NCBI RefSeq assembly: GCF_963921235.1
Contig: NC_086097.1
Location: 252,528,001-252,592,000, forward strand
DNA length: 64,000 bases
Origin: Mobula hypostoma
Taxonomy: Eukaryota
Direction of reading: 5' to 3'
Each line of letters opens with the position of its first letter. Positions within the stretch are counted from its first letter, which is position 1. The notes below the pieces were generated by a model that saw only the letters and a list, made by a program, of their open reading frames with translations, was not told the DNA's origin and searched no databases. Shown here in pieces: positions 1 through 12,304 of the stretch. Both the position numbers and the translations under genes were made by a program.

Positions 1-1158
1 AGGATATTAGTGTGCAAACTTAAAGCACACAGTATAGGGGGTAAGGTATTGATGTGGATAGAGAATTGGTTGGCAGACAGGAAGCAAAGAGTGGGAATAA
101 GCGGGACTTTTTCAGAATGGCAGGCAGTGACTAGTGGGGTACTGCAAGGCTCAGTGCTGGGATCCCAGTTGTTTACAATATATATTAATGTCTTAGATGA
201 GGGAATTAAATGCAGCATCTCCAAGTCTGCGGATGACACGAAGCTGGGCGGCAGTGTTAGCTGTGAGGAGGATGCTAAGAGGATGCAGGGTGACTTGGAT
301 AGGTTAGGTGAGTGGGCAAATTCATGGCAGATGCAATTTAATGTGGATAAATGTGAGGTTATCCACTTCGGTGGCAAAAGCAGGAAAACAGATTATTATC
401 TGAATGGTGGCCGATTAGGAAAAAGGGAGGTGCAACGAGACCTGGGTGTCATTATACACCAGTCATTGAAAGTGGGCATGCAGGTACAGAAGGCGGTGAA
501 AAAGGCGAATGGTATGCTGGCATTCATAGCAAGAGGATTCGAGTACAGGAGCAGGGAGGTACTACTGCAGTTGTACAAGGCCTTGGTGAGACCACACCTG
601 GAGTATTGTGTGCAGTTTTGGTCCCCTAATCTGAGGAAAGACATTCTTGCCATGGAGGGAGTACAAAGAAGGTTCACCAGATTGATTCCTGGGATGGCAG
701 GACTTTCATATGATGAAAGACTGGATCGACTAGGCTTATACTCTCTGGAATTTAGAGGATTGAGGGGGGATCTTATTGAAACGTATAAAATCCTAAAGGG
801 ATTGGACAGGCTAGATGCAGGAAGATTGTTCCCGATGTTGGGGAAGTCCAGAACGAGGGGTCACATTTTGAGGATAAAGGGGAAGCCTTTTAGGACCAAG
901 ATTAGGAAAAACTTCTTCACACTGAGAGTGGTGAATCTGGGGAATTCTCTGCCACAGGAAACAGTTGAGGCCAGTTCACTGGCTATATTTAAGAGCGAGT
1001 TAGATATGGCCCTTGTGGCTAAAGAGATCAGAGGGTATGGAGGGAAGGCTGGTACAGGGTTCTGAGTTGGATGATCAGCCATGATCATACTGAATGGCGG
1101 TGCAGGCTCAAAGGGCCGAATGGCCTACTCCTGCATCTATTTTCTATGCTTCTATGTT
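1..1158 (+). mobile_element. CR1 LINE, 3' part of ORF2 (RT) plus 3' UTR, running off the left edge
   Basis: ORF 10..1065 contains the GVxQGSVLG, ADDTK and LVRPHLEYCVQFW motifs. Ends in a TTCTATG-type microsatellite tail. Confidence 0.95.
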
Positions 1159-1400
1159 TAGGTCTTTCAGCTTTTTGAGCACCTTCTCCCTTGTAATAGT
1201 AACTGCACTCACTTCTCTTCCCCCACACCCTTCAACAGCTGGCACACTGCTAGTCTCTTCCACAGTGAAGACTGATGCAAAGTACTCATTTAGTTCGTCT
1301 GCCACCTCCTTGTCCCCCGTTATTATTTCTAGAGGTCCTATATCCACTCTCGTCTCTTATATTTCTTATATACTTGAAAAAGCTTTTTCAATCCACCTTG
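1159..1400 (-). mobile_element. CR1 ORF2 internal fragment
   Basis: Peptide EVADELNEYFASVFTVEE in ORF 1144..1347. Confidence 0.75.
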
Positions 1401-2319
1401 ATAAATGCTTAGATTGGCAGAGTTTTGTTCCTAATGCTTGTCAATATGTATGGAGGGAAGCACTATTGGGGCTGAATGCTCCATGGCCATTCTGCAGTAA
1501 CAACATGATCACTGACCAGAGCTTTGAAACTTTGAGGCTTATCAATTATTTTTAATTAGCCACAGGGCACAGCATCTTCAAACAGTAAGTGTTTATTATC
1601 TTCACATTTACACTGCTGTAATTACATCAATTTATCGCTAGTGTGTCTAGGAACAGCACCTGTATGTGTGACATTAGAGATAGAATGAAACCTGTTCTCT
1701 GAAGAGAAGCAGCATACATTTCAAATATACTAATGTCCCTAGACCACTCTGATGACAAGATACACAAAATGCAGAAAGTGACAGAGTTCATTTCTAGGTC
1801 GGTTTGAGGTAGTTGGAACTTCTGGAGCAGCTCGCGAGAGTTAAATTTATTCTCAGCAATGCAGCACTTGGAAGAGAATAACAATCTAGATGTCACACTC
1901 TAGGCTTCTATTTACTGATCTTTACTGAAACGCACGCTTGTGTTCTCACTGGAGAGTATCAGAACTGGTTTTGGAGTTATTTCTTGTATTTGTTGCCTAA
2001 CATCAGTAAACATAGAGTCTTAGAACAGCACAGGCCCTTCACTGCACAATGCTGTGCAAACCAGTTAACCTGCTCCAAGATCAATCTGACCCATTCCTCC
2101 TGCAAAGCCCGCCATCTTTCTATCATCCATGTACCTACCTAAGAGTTTCTGAAATGTCTCTAAAAAGATGAATAGTTACTTAAATTGAACAGAAAACTGC
2201 GAGGATGTTTATACAAGAGATTGAAGTAACATATTCAATGTAGCACAAACTGAAACGTGGCTTATAGTTGGATAGTTGAGAATATGGTCATATGGAAATA
2301 TGCCAAAAGAAAAGCCAGT

Positions 2320-3075
2320 TATGCACTTCAACCTGGAGAAGTGTGATGTGATTCACTTTGGAAGGTCTAATTTGAAGGCAGGAAACAGGATTAATGGCAG
2401 GATTCTTCATAGTGTGGAGGAACAGAGGAATCTTGAACATTGTCCATGTCTATTGATCCCTCAAAATTGCCGCACAAGTTGATAGGGTGGTTAAAAAGGC
2501 TTATGGTGTGTTGGCTTTCATTAGTCAGGAGAATAAGTTCAAGAACCGCGAGGTAATGTTGCAGCTTTAAAACCCTGGTGAGACCACATGGAGTACTGTG
2601 GTCAGTTCTGGTCGACTCATCATAGGAAGGATGTAGAAGCTTCAGAAAGGCTGCAGAGGAGGTTTACAAGGATGCTGCCTGGATTAGAGAGCATGTCTTA
2701 TTAAGATAGGTTGAGCAAGCTAGGACTTTTCTCTTGGACCAAAGGGGGATGAGGGGTGACTTGATAGAGGTGTACAAGATGGAAAGAGGCTTTTTCCCAG
2801 GGTAGAAATGGCTCATACAAGAGGGCCTAATTTTAAGGTGTCTGCAGGAAACTATAGGCGTGACGTCAGAGGTAAGTTTCTTTTTTACACAGAGAGTGTG
2901 GTACATGCTGACAGGGGTGGTGATAGATGCAGATATATTAGGGGCATTTAAGGAACTTTTAGATAAGTACATGGATGGTAGAAAAACTGATGGCTATGTA
3001 GGAGAGAAGAGCTAGATTGATCTTAGAGTAGGTTAAAAGGTTGGCACAGCATTGTGGGCTGAAGGGCCTGTATGT
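2320..3075 (+). mobile_element. Decayed CR1 3' fragment
   Basis: FNLEKCDVIHFGRSN motif followed by CR1 C-terminal and 3' UTR sequence. Confidence 0.85.
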
Positions 3076-3475
3076 ACTCCCACCCTATAATTTTGGGTTA
3101 TCTCCTCTGTTGGGTGCATATATTGTGAACTTGGGCATTAGAAGGGCAAGATATTCTACTAATGCAATATAAAAGGGTAAAATATTATCAAGTTGTTGGG
3201 CAAGTTTCCAATATATAATTAAAAGCAAGAATTTTTTTCTTTCATATTATTGTGGTCTATTCAGCACAAAAAGTGGGCGAAGTGACCAGGAATAAACAGG
3301 TTGACATTAAGCAGTTTGAACAGAACTGTATCAATTAGAATTAAACAATTAACATTTAACCATTGCCACCTATGATTACCAACATTAAATCTGTATATAG
3401 AATGTAATAGGAACCATAGAAAAACTACAGCACAGAAACAGGCCTTTTGGCCCTTCTTAAAATCTTTAAACTTAC

Positions 3476-3531
3476 TTTGTAACTTTGGCCCTCTGACCTA
3501 CACAATTTGTTACTGCTCCTGGGCTTGACAT
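3476..3531 (-). CDS. CFAP418: CFAP418 probable coding exon 3 (56 nt)
   Basis: Acceptor tgttgttttcag|, donor |GTAAGT. Open frame MSSPGAVTNCVGQRAKVT + AA, phase 0 in and phase 2 out, as expected for the poorly conserved linker exon before the Cys-rich domain. Supported by splice signals and phase rather than by strong homology. Confidence 0.7.
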
Positions 3532-3754
3532 CTGAAAACAACATAAAACAATGAGTGATGTTTCAACTGATAGAAATAATAAAAATCTAAACTAAACATT
3601 ATTAAAAATTTTTTCCAGCATTGGAAAGAACACAAAATGGGTCTAAACCTAGGACATCTGTAAATGTCCACTTAATGCCACCAGCAAAAGCATATTTTGA
3701 CATATTTTAGTATTTTCATGCTGAATTTTGTGAATTCATAGGAAAGACAACTTG

Positions 3755-3951
3755 CAACATGAGATTCTGCAGATACTGGAAATCACAAGCAAAAAAATGC
3801 AGGAGAAACTCAGAGCACGTCAGGTAGCATATATGGAGAAGAATACAGAGCCGATGCTTTGGGCCGAGATCCTTCAACAGGATCTGATGAAGAGTGGCCC
3901 TGACAAAGGTTCTAGGCCTGAAATGTCGGTTCTTTATTCTTCTCTGTAGAT
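3755..3951. mobile_element. Penelope terminal-repeat-derived short element with two oppositely oriented, decayed hammerhead motifs
   Basis: Starts with the ctgcagatactggaaatc motif shared with the Penelope ends. Degenerate CTGANGA...GAAA motifs at about 3848-3882 (-) and 3897-3932 (+). Confidence 0.6.
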
Positions 3952-4030
3952 CAAGCATTCCCAACCTTTTCTGTGTCACAGACCAATACCATTAAGTAAG
4001 GGTCCGTCGCCCCTATGTTAGGAACTCCTG
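3952..4030. mobile_element. 79-bp hAT-type MITE
   Basis: Ends CAAGCATTCCCAACC ... GTTAGGAACTCCTG resemble Charlie TIRs. The 8-bp TSD reads CTGTAGAT (3944-3951) and CTATAGAT (4031-4038), 7/8 identical. Confidence 0.65.
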
Positions 4031-4044
4031 CTATAGATGCACCT

Positions 4045-6975
4045 ACATAGAACATAGATCATAGAATAGTACAGCACAGTACATCCTCAAACCCTGCCTC
4101 CCACATAACCTCCCACCTTAAATTCCTCCATATACCTGTCTAGTAGTCTCTTAAATTTCACTAATGTATCTGCCTCCAAGCAGTGCATTTCACGCACCAA
4201 CCACTCTCTGAGTAAAAAACCTTCCTCTAATATCCCCCTTGAACTTCCCACCCCTTACCTTAAAGCCATGTCCTCTTGTATTGAGCAGTGGTGCCCTGGG
4301 GAAGAGGCGCTGGCTATCCACTCTATCTATTCCTTTTAATATCTTGTATACCTCTGTCATGTCTCCTCTCACCCTCCTTCTCTCCAAACAGTAAAGCCCC
4401 AGCTCCCTTAATCTCTGATCATAATCCATACTCTCTAAACCAGGCAGCATCCTGGTAAATCTCCTCTGTACCCTTTCCAGTGCTTCCACATCCTTCCTAT
4501 AGTGAGGCGACTGGAACTGGACCCAGTACTCCAAGTGTGGCCTAACCAGAGTTTTATAGAGCCGCTCCATTACCTCGCAACTCTTAAACTCTATCCCTCG
4601 ACTTATGAAAGCTAACACCCCATAAGCTTTCTTAACTACCCTATCCACCTGTGAGGCAACTTTCAGGGATCTGTGGACATGTACCCCCAGATCCCTCTCT
4701 TCCTCCACACTACCAAGTATCCTGCCATTTACTTTGTACTGTGCCTTGGAGTTTGTCCTTCCAAAGTGTACCACCTCACACTTCTCCGGGTTGAACTCCA
4801 TCTACCACTTCTCAGCCCACTTCTGCATCCTATCAATGTCTCTCTGCAATCTTCGACAATCCTTTACACTATCCAGAACACCACCAACTTTTGTGTCGTC
4901 TGCAAACTTGCCAACCCACCCTTCTACCCCCACATCCAGGTCGTTAATAAAAATCATGAAAAGTAGAGGTCCCAGAACAGATCCTTACGGGACACCACTA
5001 GTCACAAAACTCCAATCTGAATGTACTCCCTCCACCACCACCCTCTGCCTTCTGCAGGCAAGCCAATTCTGAATCCACCTGGCCAAACTTCCCTGGATCC
5101 CATGCCTTCTGACTTTCTGAGTAAGCCTACTGTGTGGAACCTTGTCAATTGCCTTACTAAAATCCATATAGATCACATCCACTGCACTACCCTCATCTAT
5201 ATGCCTGGTCACCTCCTCAAAGAACTCTATCAGGCTTGTTAGACACGATCTGCCCTTCACAAAGCCATGCCGACTGTCCCTGATCAGACCATGATTCTCT
5301 AAATGGGAATAGATCCTATCTCTAAGAATACTTTCCAACAGCTTTCCCACCACAGATGTAAGGCTCACTGTTCTATAATTACTATCCCTACTACCTTTTT
5401 TGAATAAGAGGACAACATTCACTTCCCTCCAATCTTCCGGTACCATTCCCATGGACAACGAGGACATAAAGATCCTAGCCAGAGGCTCAGCAATCTCTTC
5501 CCTTGCCTCGTGGAGCAGCCTGGGGAGTATTCCGTCAGGCCCTGGGGACTTATCTGTCCTAATGTATTTTAACAATTCCAACACCTCCTCTCCCTTAATA
5601 TCAACATGCTCCAGAACATCAACCTTACTCATATTGTCCTCACTGTCATCAAGTTCCCTCTCATTGGTGAATACCGAAGAGAAGTATTCATTGAGGACCT
5701 CGCTCACTTCCACAGCATCCAGGCACATCTTCCCAACTTTATCTCTAATCGGTCCTACCTTCACTCCTGTCATCCTTTTGTTCTTCACATAATTGAAGAA
5801 TGCCTTGGGGTTTTCCTTTACCCTACTCGCCAAGGCCTTCTCATGCCTTCTTCTTGCTCTTCTCAGCCCCTTCTTAATCTCCTTTCTTGCTATCCTATAT
5901 TCCTCAATAGACCCATTTGATCCTTGCTTCCTAAACCTCATGTATGCTGCCCTCTTCCACCTGACTAGATTTTCCACCTCACTTGTCACCCATGGTTCCT
6001 TCACCCTACCATTCTTTATATCTTCCTCACCAGGACAAATTTATCCCTAACATCCTGCAAGAGATCCCTGAACATCGACCACATGTCCACAGTACATTTC
6101 CCTGCAAAAACGTCATCTTAATTCACACCCGCAAGTTCTATCCTTATAACCTCATAATTTTCCCTTCCCCAATTAAAAATTTTCCTGTCCTCTCTGATTC
6201 TATCCTTTTCCATGATAATGCTAAAGGCCAGGGAGGGTGGTCACTGTTCCCCAGATGCTCACCCACTGAGAGATCTGTGACCTGACCCGGTTCATTACCT
6301 CGTACTAGATCTAGTATGGCATTCCCCCTATTCGGCCTGTCAACATACTGTGACAGGAATTCCTCCTGGACACATTTAACAAACTCTGCCCAGTCCAAAC
6401 CCTTGGAACTAATCAGGTGCCAATCAATATCAAGGATGTTAAAGTCACCCATGATAACAACCTTGTTATTTTTGCACCTTTCCAAAATCTGCCTCCCAAT
6501 CTGCTCCTCGGTATCTCTGCTGCGACCAGGGGACCTATAGAATACTCCTAATAGAGTAACTGCTCCATTCCTGTTCATGACTTCTAACCATACTGACTCC
6601 AAAGAGGATCCTGCTACATTACCCACCCTTTCTGTAGCTGTAATAGTATCCCTGACCAGTAATGCCACTCCTCCTCCCCTTTTTCTGCCCTCTCTATCCC
6701 TTTTAAAGCACTGAAATCCAGGAATATTGAGAATCCATTCCTGCCCTGGTGCCAGCCAAGTCTCTGTAATAGCCACTACAACATAATTCCATGTATGTAT
6801 CCAAGCTCTCAGTTCATCACCTTTGTTCCTGATGCTTCTTGCATTGAGGTACACACACTTTAGCCCTTCTACCTTCCTACCTTTACAGCCTTTATTTTGC
6901 TTCTCTTTCCTCAAAGCCTCTCTATATGTTAGATCCGGCTTTACTCCATGCACTTCTTTCACTGCTCTATCGCTC
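4045..6975 (-). mobile_element. CR1 LINE with nearly complete but frameshifted ORF2 (APE endonuclease + RT), 5'-truncated, in CFAP418 intron 2
   Basis: ORF 6144..6962 has endonuclease motifs (YLNARS, AITETW, MGDFN, SDH). ORFs 4985..6004 and 4190..4801 are RT. The TTCTATG-type tail lies near 4045-4066. Confidence 0.95.
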
Positions 6976-8677
6976 TATTCACCTGACCTGCTGAATTTCA
7001 TTTCTATATTGGATTTTGAATTTATTATGTTGCATTTAATTGCAACTATCAACCATGCAATGCTGGTAGAGGCGGCTACAGTAGAGGTGTTGTACTGCTC
7101 TATTTTCAATTACGTGCCGAAGAATGAATTAACTACAGCTTGCATAGCTTGCTGCACTCACATCTCTTTTGAATGCTTATAGCAAATGGTTACATAACAC
7201 AAGCTTCTCTGCAACTTTGCTAACATATTCTAATGTTTGCTAACCCTTTTAATGAATAGTTTATATCTGTTTAGTCCTGCTGTTTAAATGTGAATTTACA
7301 TGGCTGCATGACCCTTCAGAAGGACATAAGCTTTAAACCTTAGTCATTAAATTCTTAAGCCAGTGCGCTATCAGTACTAATTCATTACATGCAATACTTA
7401 ACAAAGAATATGGCAAAGTTTATACACCACAGTGCAAATTTGTATCTAAATTCAACGGTGTAAATGTGTTTTTATTTCCCTCCATGCGTTCATCTAGCTT
7501 CAAATCATCATTGATGCGAAAGTCAGTTTGTGATAATCAACCAAGTATTTATTTTAAACTAAAATTAAATCCACGTGCAGTTTAGTAGTAGTAAGCCACT
7601 TCGTATTTTGTTCAATTGAAATTGTATTGTGCTCCCAAAGATTGGGTTCCCTGTCATGCTCGAGGTAGGTTTCCCGCCTAGGAACTAGGCGTGGTTTAAA
7701 GAATTTTGCATGTGCTATTTTTGGTAGTTGCGAATCCATCAGAAATTGATTGAGTCTGTTCAAACCCACGGTTATGTTTGACTTTGAGTCAGCAACTGGC
7801 TCGCTGGCAGCCTGGTTTGAATCAGAACCAAAAATTAATGGGTATTGTATTCTAGAAGGAAATCTCAAATAGCTAGAACACGTACTGGAAAAGCATAGAG
7901 CAGGGGTCCACAACCTTTTTTGCACTGCGGACCAGTTTAATATTGACAATATTCTTGCGGACTGGCCGACCGGGGGGAGGGGGGTGTTAATCACACCCGG
8001 AATATAGGTGATAAGTCAACTATAAGTCACTTATAAGTGGCTAATACACTCAATTTCGTTTCTAAAAGGGTTTACCTAACGAATTTAATATTAAACACAC
8101 AGCGCATATTTTCCTCGCATGAATATAGGGATAAGTCAATTATAAGTCAATAGCATCATAACATTTTAAGTAACGTTTGGATATTAAGCACACAGTACAT
8201 ACTTTCCTCATATGAACATATAAAATCATTGCAACACACCAATATCGCTGAATCAGTGGAGCCCTGGGCTTGTTTCCCTGCAACAAGATGGTCCTATCGA
8301 GGGGTGACGGGAGACAGCGATACTCGAAGGGGTTTCCTTATGTCCAGTCTATTCCGCAATTTAGTTTTCGTTGCATTCATTGCAGAAAAGCCCGCTTCGC
8401 AGTGATATGACGCTGGAAATGGAAGCAACGTTTTCGTGACTATCTCAGGATATTCAGCCTTGACTTTGTTCCAGAATGCCAGCAGAGATGTTATGTCAAA
8501 CATACTTTTCACCCCACTGTCATTTGCAAGCTCGAGGAGTTGAACTTCTTCCCGCGCTGACATGGATGATTCACCGGGGAGGAGCTGCAGCTTCTCCCAG
8601 CAGTTCACGGCACATGTCCTTGGCAGCAGGCAGAATCAATTCTTCACCTACAGCGAAAGGCTTCTCAGCCTTAGCAA

Positions 8678-9198
8678 GCAACACACATCAAAGTTGCTGG
8701 TGAACGCAGCAGGCCAGGCAGCATCTCTAGGAAGAGGTACAGTCGACGTTTCGGGCCGAGACCCTTCGTCAGGACTAACTGAAGGAAGAGTTAGTAAGAG
8801 ATTTGAAAGTGGGAGGGGGAGGGGGAGATCCGAAATGATAGAAGACAGGAGGGGGAGGGATGGAGCCAAGAGCTGGACAGGTGATTGGCAAAAGGGATAT
8901 GAGAGGATCATGGGACAGGAGGTTCGGGAAGAAGGACGGGGGGGGCAAGGGGTATATTCAGAGGGACAGAGGGAGAAAAAGGAGAGAGAGAGAAAGAATG
9001 TGTGTATAAAAATAAGTAACAGATGAGATACGAGGGGGAGGGGGGGCATTAGCGGAAGTTAGAGAAGTCGATGTTCATGCCATCAGGTTGGAGGCTACCC
9101 AGATGGAATATAAGGTGTTGTTCCTCCAACCTGAGTGTGGCTTCATCTTTACAGTGTTGGAGGCCGTGGATAGACATGTCAGAATGGGAATGGGAATT
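8678..9198 (-). mobile_element. Penelope-like element 3' fragment inserted in the hAT element
   Basis: Contains the GIY-YIG C-terminus (EATLRLEEQHLIF) and the terminal repeat. Flanked by the 11-bp direct repeat AGCCTTAGCAA (8667-8677 and 9199-9209). Confidence 0.9.
8741..8776 (-). ncRNA. Minimal hammerhead ribozyme motif (Penelope type)
   Basis: Minus strand reads AGTC-CTGACGA-A-GGGT-CTCG-GCCC-GAAA-CGTC-GACT. This gives helix I, the conserved core, helix II, a palindromic ACGT helix III and a GUC cleavage triplet. Confidence 0.75.
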
Positions 9199-9804
9199 AG
9201 CCTTAGCAATACGGCCAGCCACTAGGTACTATGCTCTCAGAGCAGCAGCATTTGTGGAGGTGATGGCTCTCAGCACTTGCTTCTGTCCCGCTTGCTCACG
9301 TTTTTTCTGCTCAAAAAACTGAGTTGGATTTGTCTTTAAGTGCAAGGTGCTTGGACTCAAGGTGCCGAAGCAGTTTTGGGGGCTTCATTGCCTCATTAAA
9401 CAGCTTGTCTCCACATATCACACACAGGGGCCTTGGAGCGTGCGAGTCACTGGTTGCAATAAAGCCATATTTTATGTATGAGTCGTTGTATTTTCTGTTG
9501 AAGGAAGCTTTCTTTTTTTTTGCGGTCTCGGCCTCAGCTGTCTGTGTTATCATCATCGTTAGGCCTTTTATGTCCCCTATCATCTCTTCCAAAGAAACTC
9601 TCAAGTGACGTTTGTTTCTTACTGATCGAGTAGTTGTAGGTTAATGACCGACTGATGACTTCGTGTGCATTCAAGTTCAACACTGAGCATGACAGGGAAT
9701 GAGGAAAGGTGCAGCTGACTTATATCGTTTCATATCCCCAAATCATATTGTTTCCTCATGGCCTGGTAGCACACGTTTTGCGGCCCAGTGGTTGGGGACC
9801 ACTG

Positions 9805-11300
9805 GAAGAGAATCCTGAAAATGATCCCAGGAATGAAGGGGTTAACATATGAAGAGCTTTAGGACTGTGCTCGCAGGAGTTTAGAAAAATGAGAGGGGAC
9901 CTCATTAAAGTCGATCAAATATTGAAAGGTCTGGATAGAGTGGATGTGGGGAGGTGCAAGGCACTCCAGGACCAGAGGGCACAGCCTCAGAATTGAGGGG
10001 CATCCATTTAGAACAGAGGTGAGGAATAATTTCTAAAAAATTGTGACTCCATGGAATTCATTGCCATAGATGGCTGTGAAGTCCAAGACATTGGGAATAA
10101 AAGGATTCTTTTCTGGTTGGCTGCCAGTGACTAGTGGTGTTCCGCAGAGGTCGGTGTTGGGACCGATTCTTTTTATGCTGTAGATGATGGAATAGATGAC
10201 TTTGTTGTCAAGTTTGCAGATGATACGAAGAATGGTGGAGGGGCAGGCAGTGTTGAGGAAACAGGTAGGATGCAGAAGAACTTAAGACAGATTAGGAGAA
10301 TGGGCAAGAAAGTGGCAAATGAAATACAGTGTTGGAAAATGCATGGTCATGCACTTTAGTAGTAGAAATAAATGTGCGGACTATTTTCTAAATGGGGAAA
10401 AAGTCCAAAAATCTGAGAACGCAAAGGGACTTAGGAGTCCTTGTGCAGGGCACCTTAAAGGTTAACTTTCAGGTTGAGTCAGTGGAGTGGAAGGCAAATG
10501 CCATGTTAGCATTCATTTTAAGAGGTCTAGAATACAAGAGCAAGGATGTGATGCTCAGGCTTTATAAGGCACTAGTGAGGTCTCACCTTGAGTATTGTGA
10601 ACAGTTTTGGGCCCCATATCTTAGAAAAGATGTGCTGACATTGGAGAGGGTCCAGAGGAGGATCACAAGGATGATTCCAGGAATTAAAGTGTTATCATGC
10701 AAGGAATGTTTGATGGCTCTGGGTCTGTACTTGCTGGAATTCAGAAGGATGAGGGGGGATCTCATGGAAAACTTTTGAATGTTGAAAGGCCTAGACAGAG
10801 TAGGTGTGGAAAGGATGTTTCCCATGGTGGGAGAGTCTAGGACAAAAGGGCACAGCCTCAGGATAGAGGGGCACCCTTTCAAAACAGAGATGTGGAGAAA
10901 TTTCTTTAGCCAAAGGGTAGTGAATTTGTGGAATTTGTTGCCACATGCAGCTGTGGAGGCCAGATTGTTGGGTGTATTTAAGGCAGAGATTGATAGGTTC
11001 TTGACTGGACAGAGCATCAAAGATTATGAGGAGAAGGCTGGGAACTGGGGTTGAGGAGGAGAAGAAAAAGGATCAGCCATGATTGAATGGTGGAGCAGAC
11101 TCGATGGGCCAGATGGCCTAATTCTGCTCCTATGCCTTATGGTCTTATATTTAAAGTGGAGGTTGATAGATTAATCAGGGTGACAATGGTTACACGGAGA
11201 AGGTAGGAGAATGGGATTAAGAGGGATAATAAATCAACCATGATGGAACGAAGCTGCAGACTCCATGGGCCAAAAGGCTTAATTCTATTCCTAGGTCTTA
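9805..11300 (+). mobile_element. Two nested, decayed CR1 3' fragments
   Basis: The inner copy at about 10100-11147 (ORFs 10392..10778 and 10779..11054) splits an outer CR1 3' end. Confidence 0.8.
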
Positions 11301-11437
11301 TATTCAGCAAATGCTCAAAATTTTCAAGTGAAGCATGTGACAGGGACCAGAAGGCAGATAATTACTGTAAAAATAAACCATAGCGTAAATAAAAAAATGC
11401 TTCATCATAAACTGAGAAGATTGCTGTATCTCCATGC

Positions 11438-11720
11438 CATAGCTGCATAACAGTTAGCATGCCACTATTATAGCTCAGGGCGTTGGAGTTCAGAGTTCAA
11501 TTCCTATGTTCTCCCTAAGGAGTCTCTACGTCTTCCCCATGAGCGTGTGCGTTTTCTCTGGTTTCCTCCCACAGTTCAAAGATGTACTGGTAGGTTAACT
11601 GGTCATCGTTAATTCAGTTTACAATCATTAATACGATTGGTTTAGGGCTACATCAGGGTTGCTGGGCTTGCGGCTCAAAGGGTTGGAAGAGCCTATTCCA
11701 CCCCGCATTTCCAAATAAAA
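11438..11720 (+). mobile_element. HE1/V-type tRNA-derived SINE
   Basis: Has a GTTCAATTC B-box and the central V-domain-like GGTTTCCTCCCACAGTTCAAAGA. Related copies at about 14303-14535(-), 22775-23010(+), 38060-38280(+), 46478-46720(+), 48975-49240(-), 54010-54380(-) and 54690-54920(-). Confidence 0.65.
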
Positions 11721-11869
11721 GTACAGTACAATAACTATTGTACAACAATTTTAAAATGAACAAAAATCACTGTATATAATAATTTTTAAATACATAAAAA
11801 TGTTATCTAAACTTATCTTGGACATTTTCTTTAGGTGAGTTTGCATTAAACTAATTTCATATCACTTAC

Positions 11870-11963
11870 AGAAAGGTCTGATATACTTGGATCATCATAA
11901 AAAATATCGTTAATAAGATCATTTAAATCATCTTCTTCCTGGAAAGTTTCATCTGAAGGTGAG
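11870..11963 (-). CDS. CFAP418: CFAP418 coding exon 2 (94 nt)
   Basis: Acceptor ttctggttttcag|, donor |GTAAGT. Phase 2 in and phase 0 out, which fits exon 1. Peptide SPSDETFQEEDDLNDLINDIFYDD resembles human ETFKKEDDLDSLINEI. Confidence 0.9.
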
Positions 11964-12304
11964 CTGAAAACCAGAACAAAATATGTCAAAGTCAATCGAT
12001 ATGAGAGCCAGTGTGATGAATGAAATCTAGCACCAAATATTTCACAGCAACATATGAGCAACATCTATAACTTCCAAATGTTTAAAATCAAAATGTAAAA
12101 CAGCAATAACTCAGATTAGTCAGAACCTACTCTACAAACAGAAATTTTCACATTCTTTAGGAGACAAAGAAATTCTTCTCATGGTCACAAAAAATTAAGA
12201 AGCCATCATGCAAAAATTTGCTCCAATAGCAAATTTCAATGGTTAAGTGGCAAATTTATTTATTTATTTCACGTAACAGGCCCTTCTAGCCCATTGAGTT
12301 CAGC

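Larger units (their letters stand above)
7901..9804 (-). mobile_element. hAT (Charlie/Buster, ZBED5-like) DNA transposon, internally deleted
   Basis: TIRs CAGGGGTCCACAACC and (reverse complement) CAGTGGTCCCCAACC match 13/15. N-terminal BED finger (CVICGDKL...LLRHLESKH, 9311..9604) is joined near 8580 directly to the C-terminal dimerisation domain (8294..8608), so the catalytic core is missing. TSD degenerate (5/8). Confidence 0.9.

Noticed and set aside
1..3475. CFAP418 exons 4-6 (CxPVYLGG..., RACDxLRC...)
   Set aside because: No matching minus-strand segment with splice sites was found by eye. A GGS-coding stretch near 3075-3090 has an in-frame stop. These exons are probably outside the window.
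8294..9604. Domesticated ZBED5/Buster gene
   Set aside because: The catalytic core is deleted, a Penelope fragment interrupts it, and TIRs flank it.
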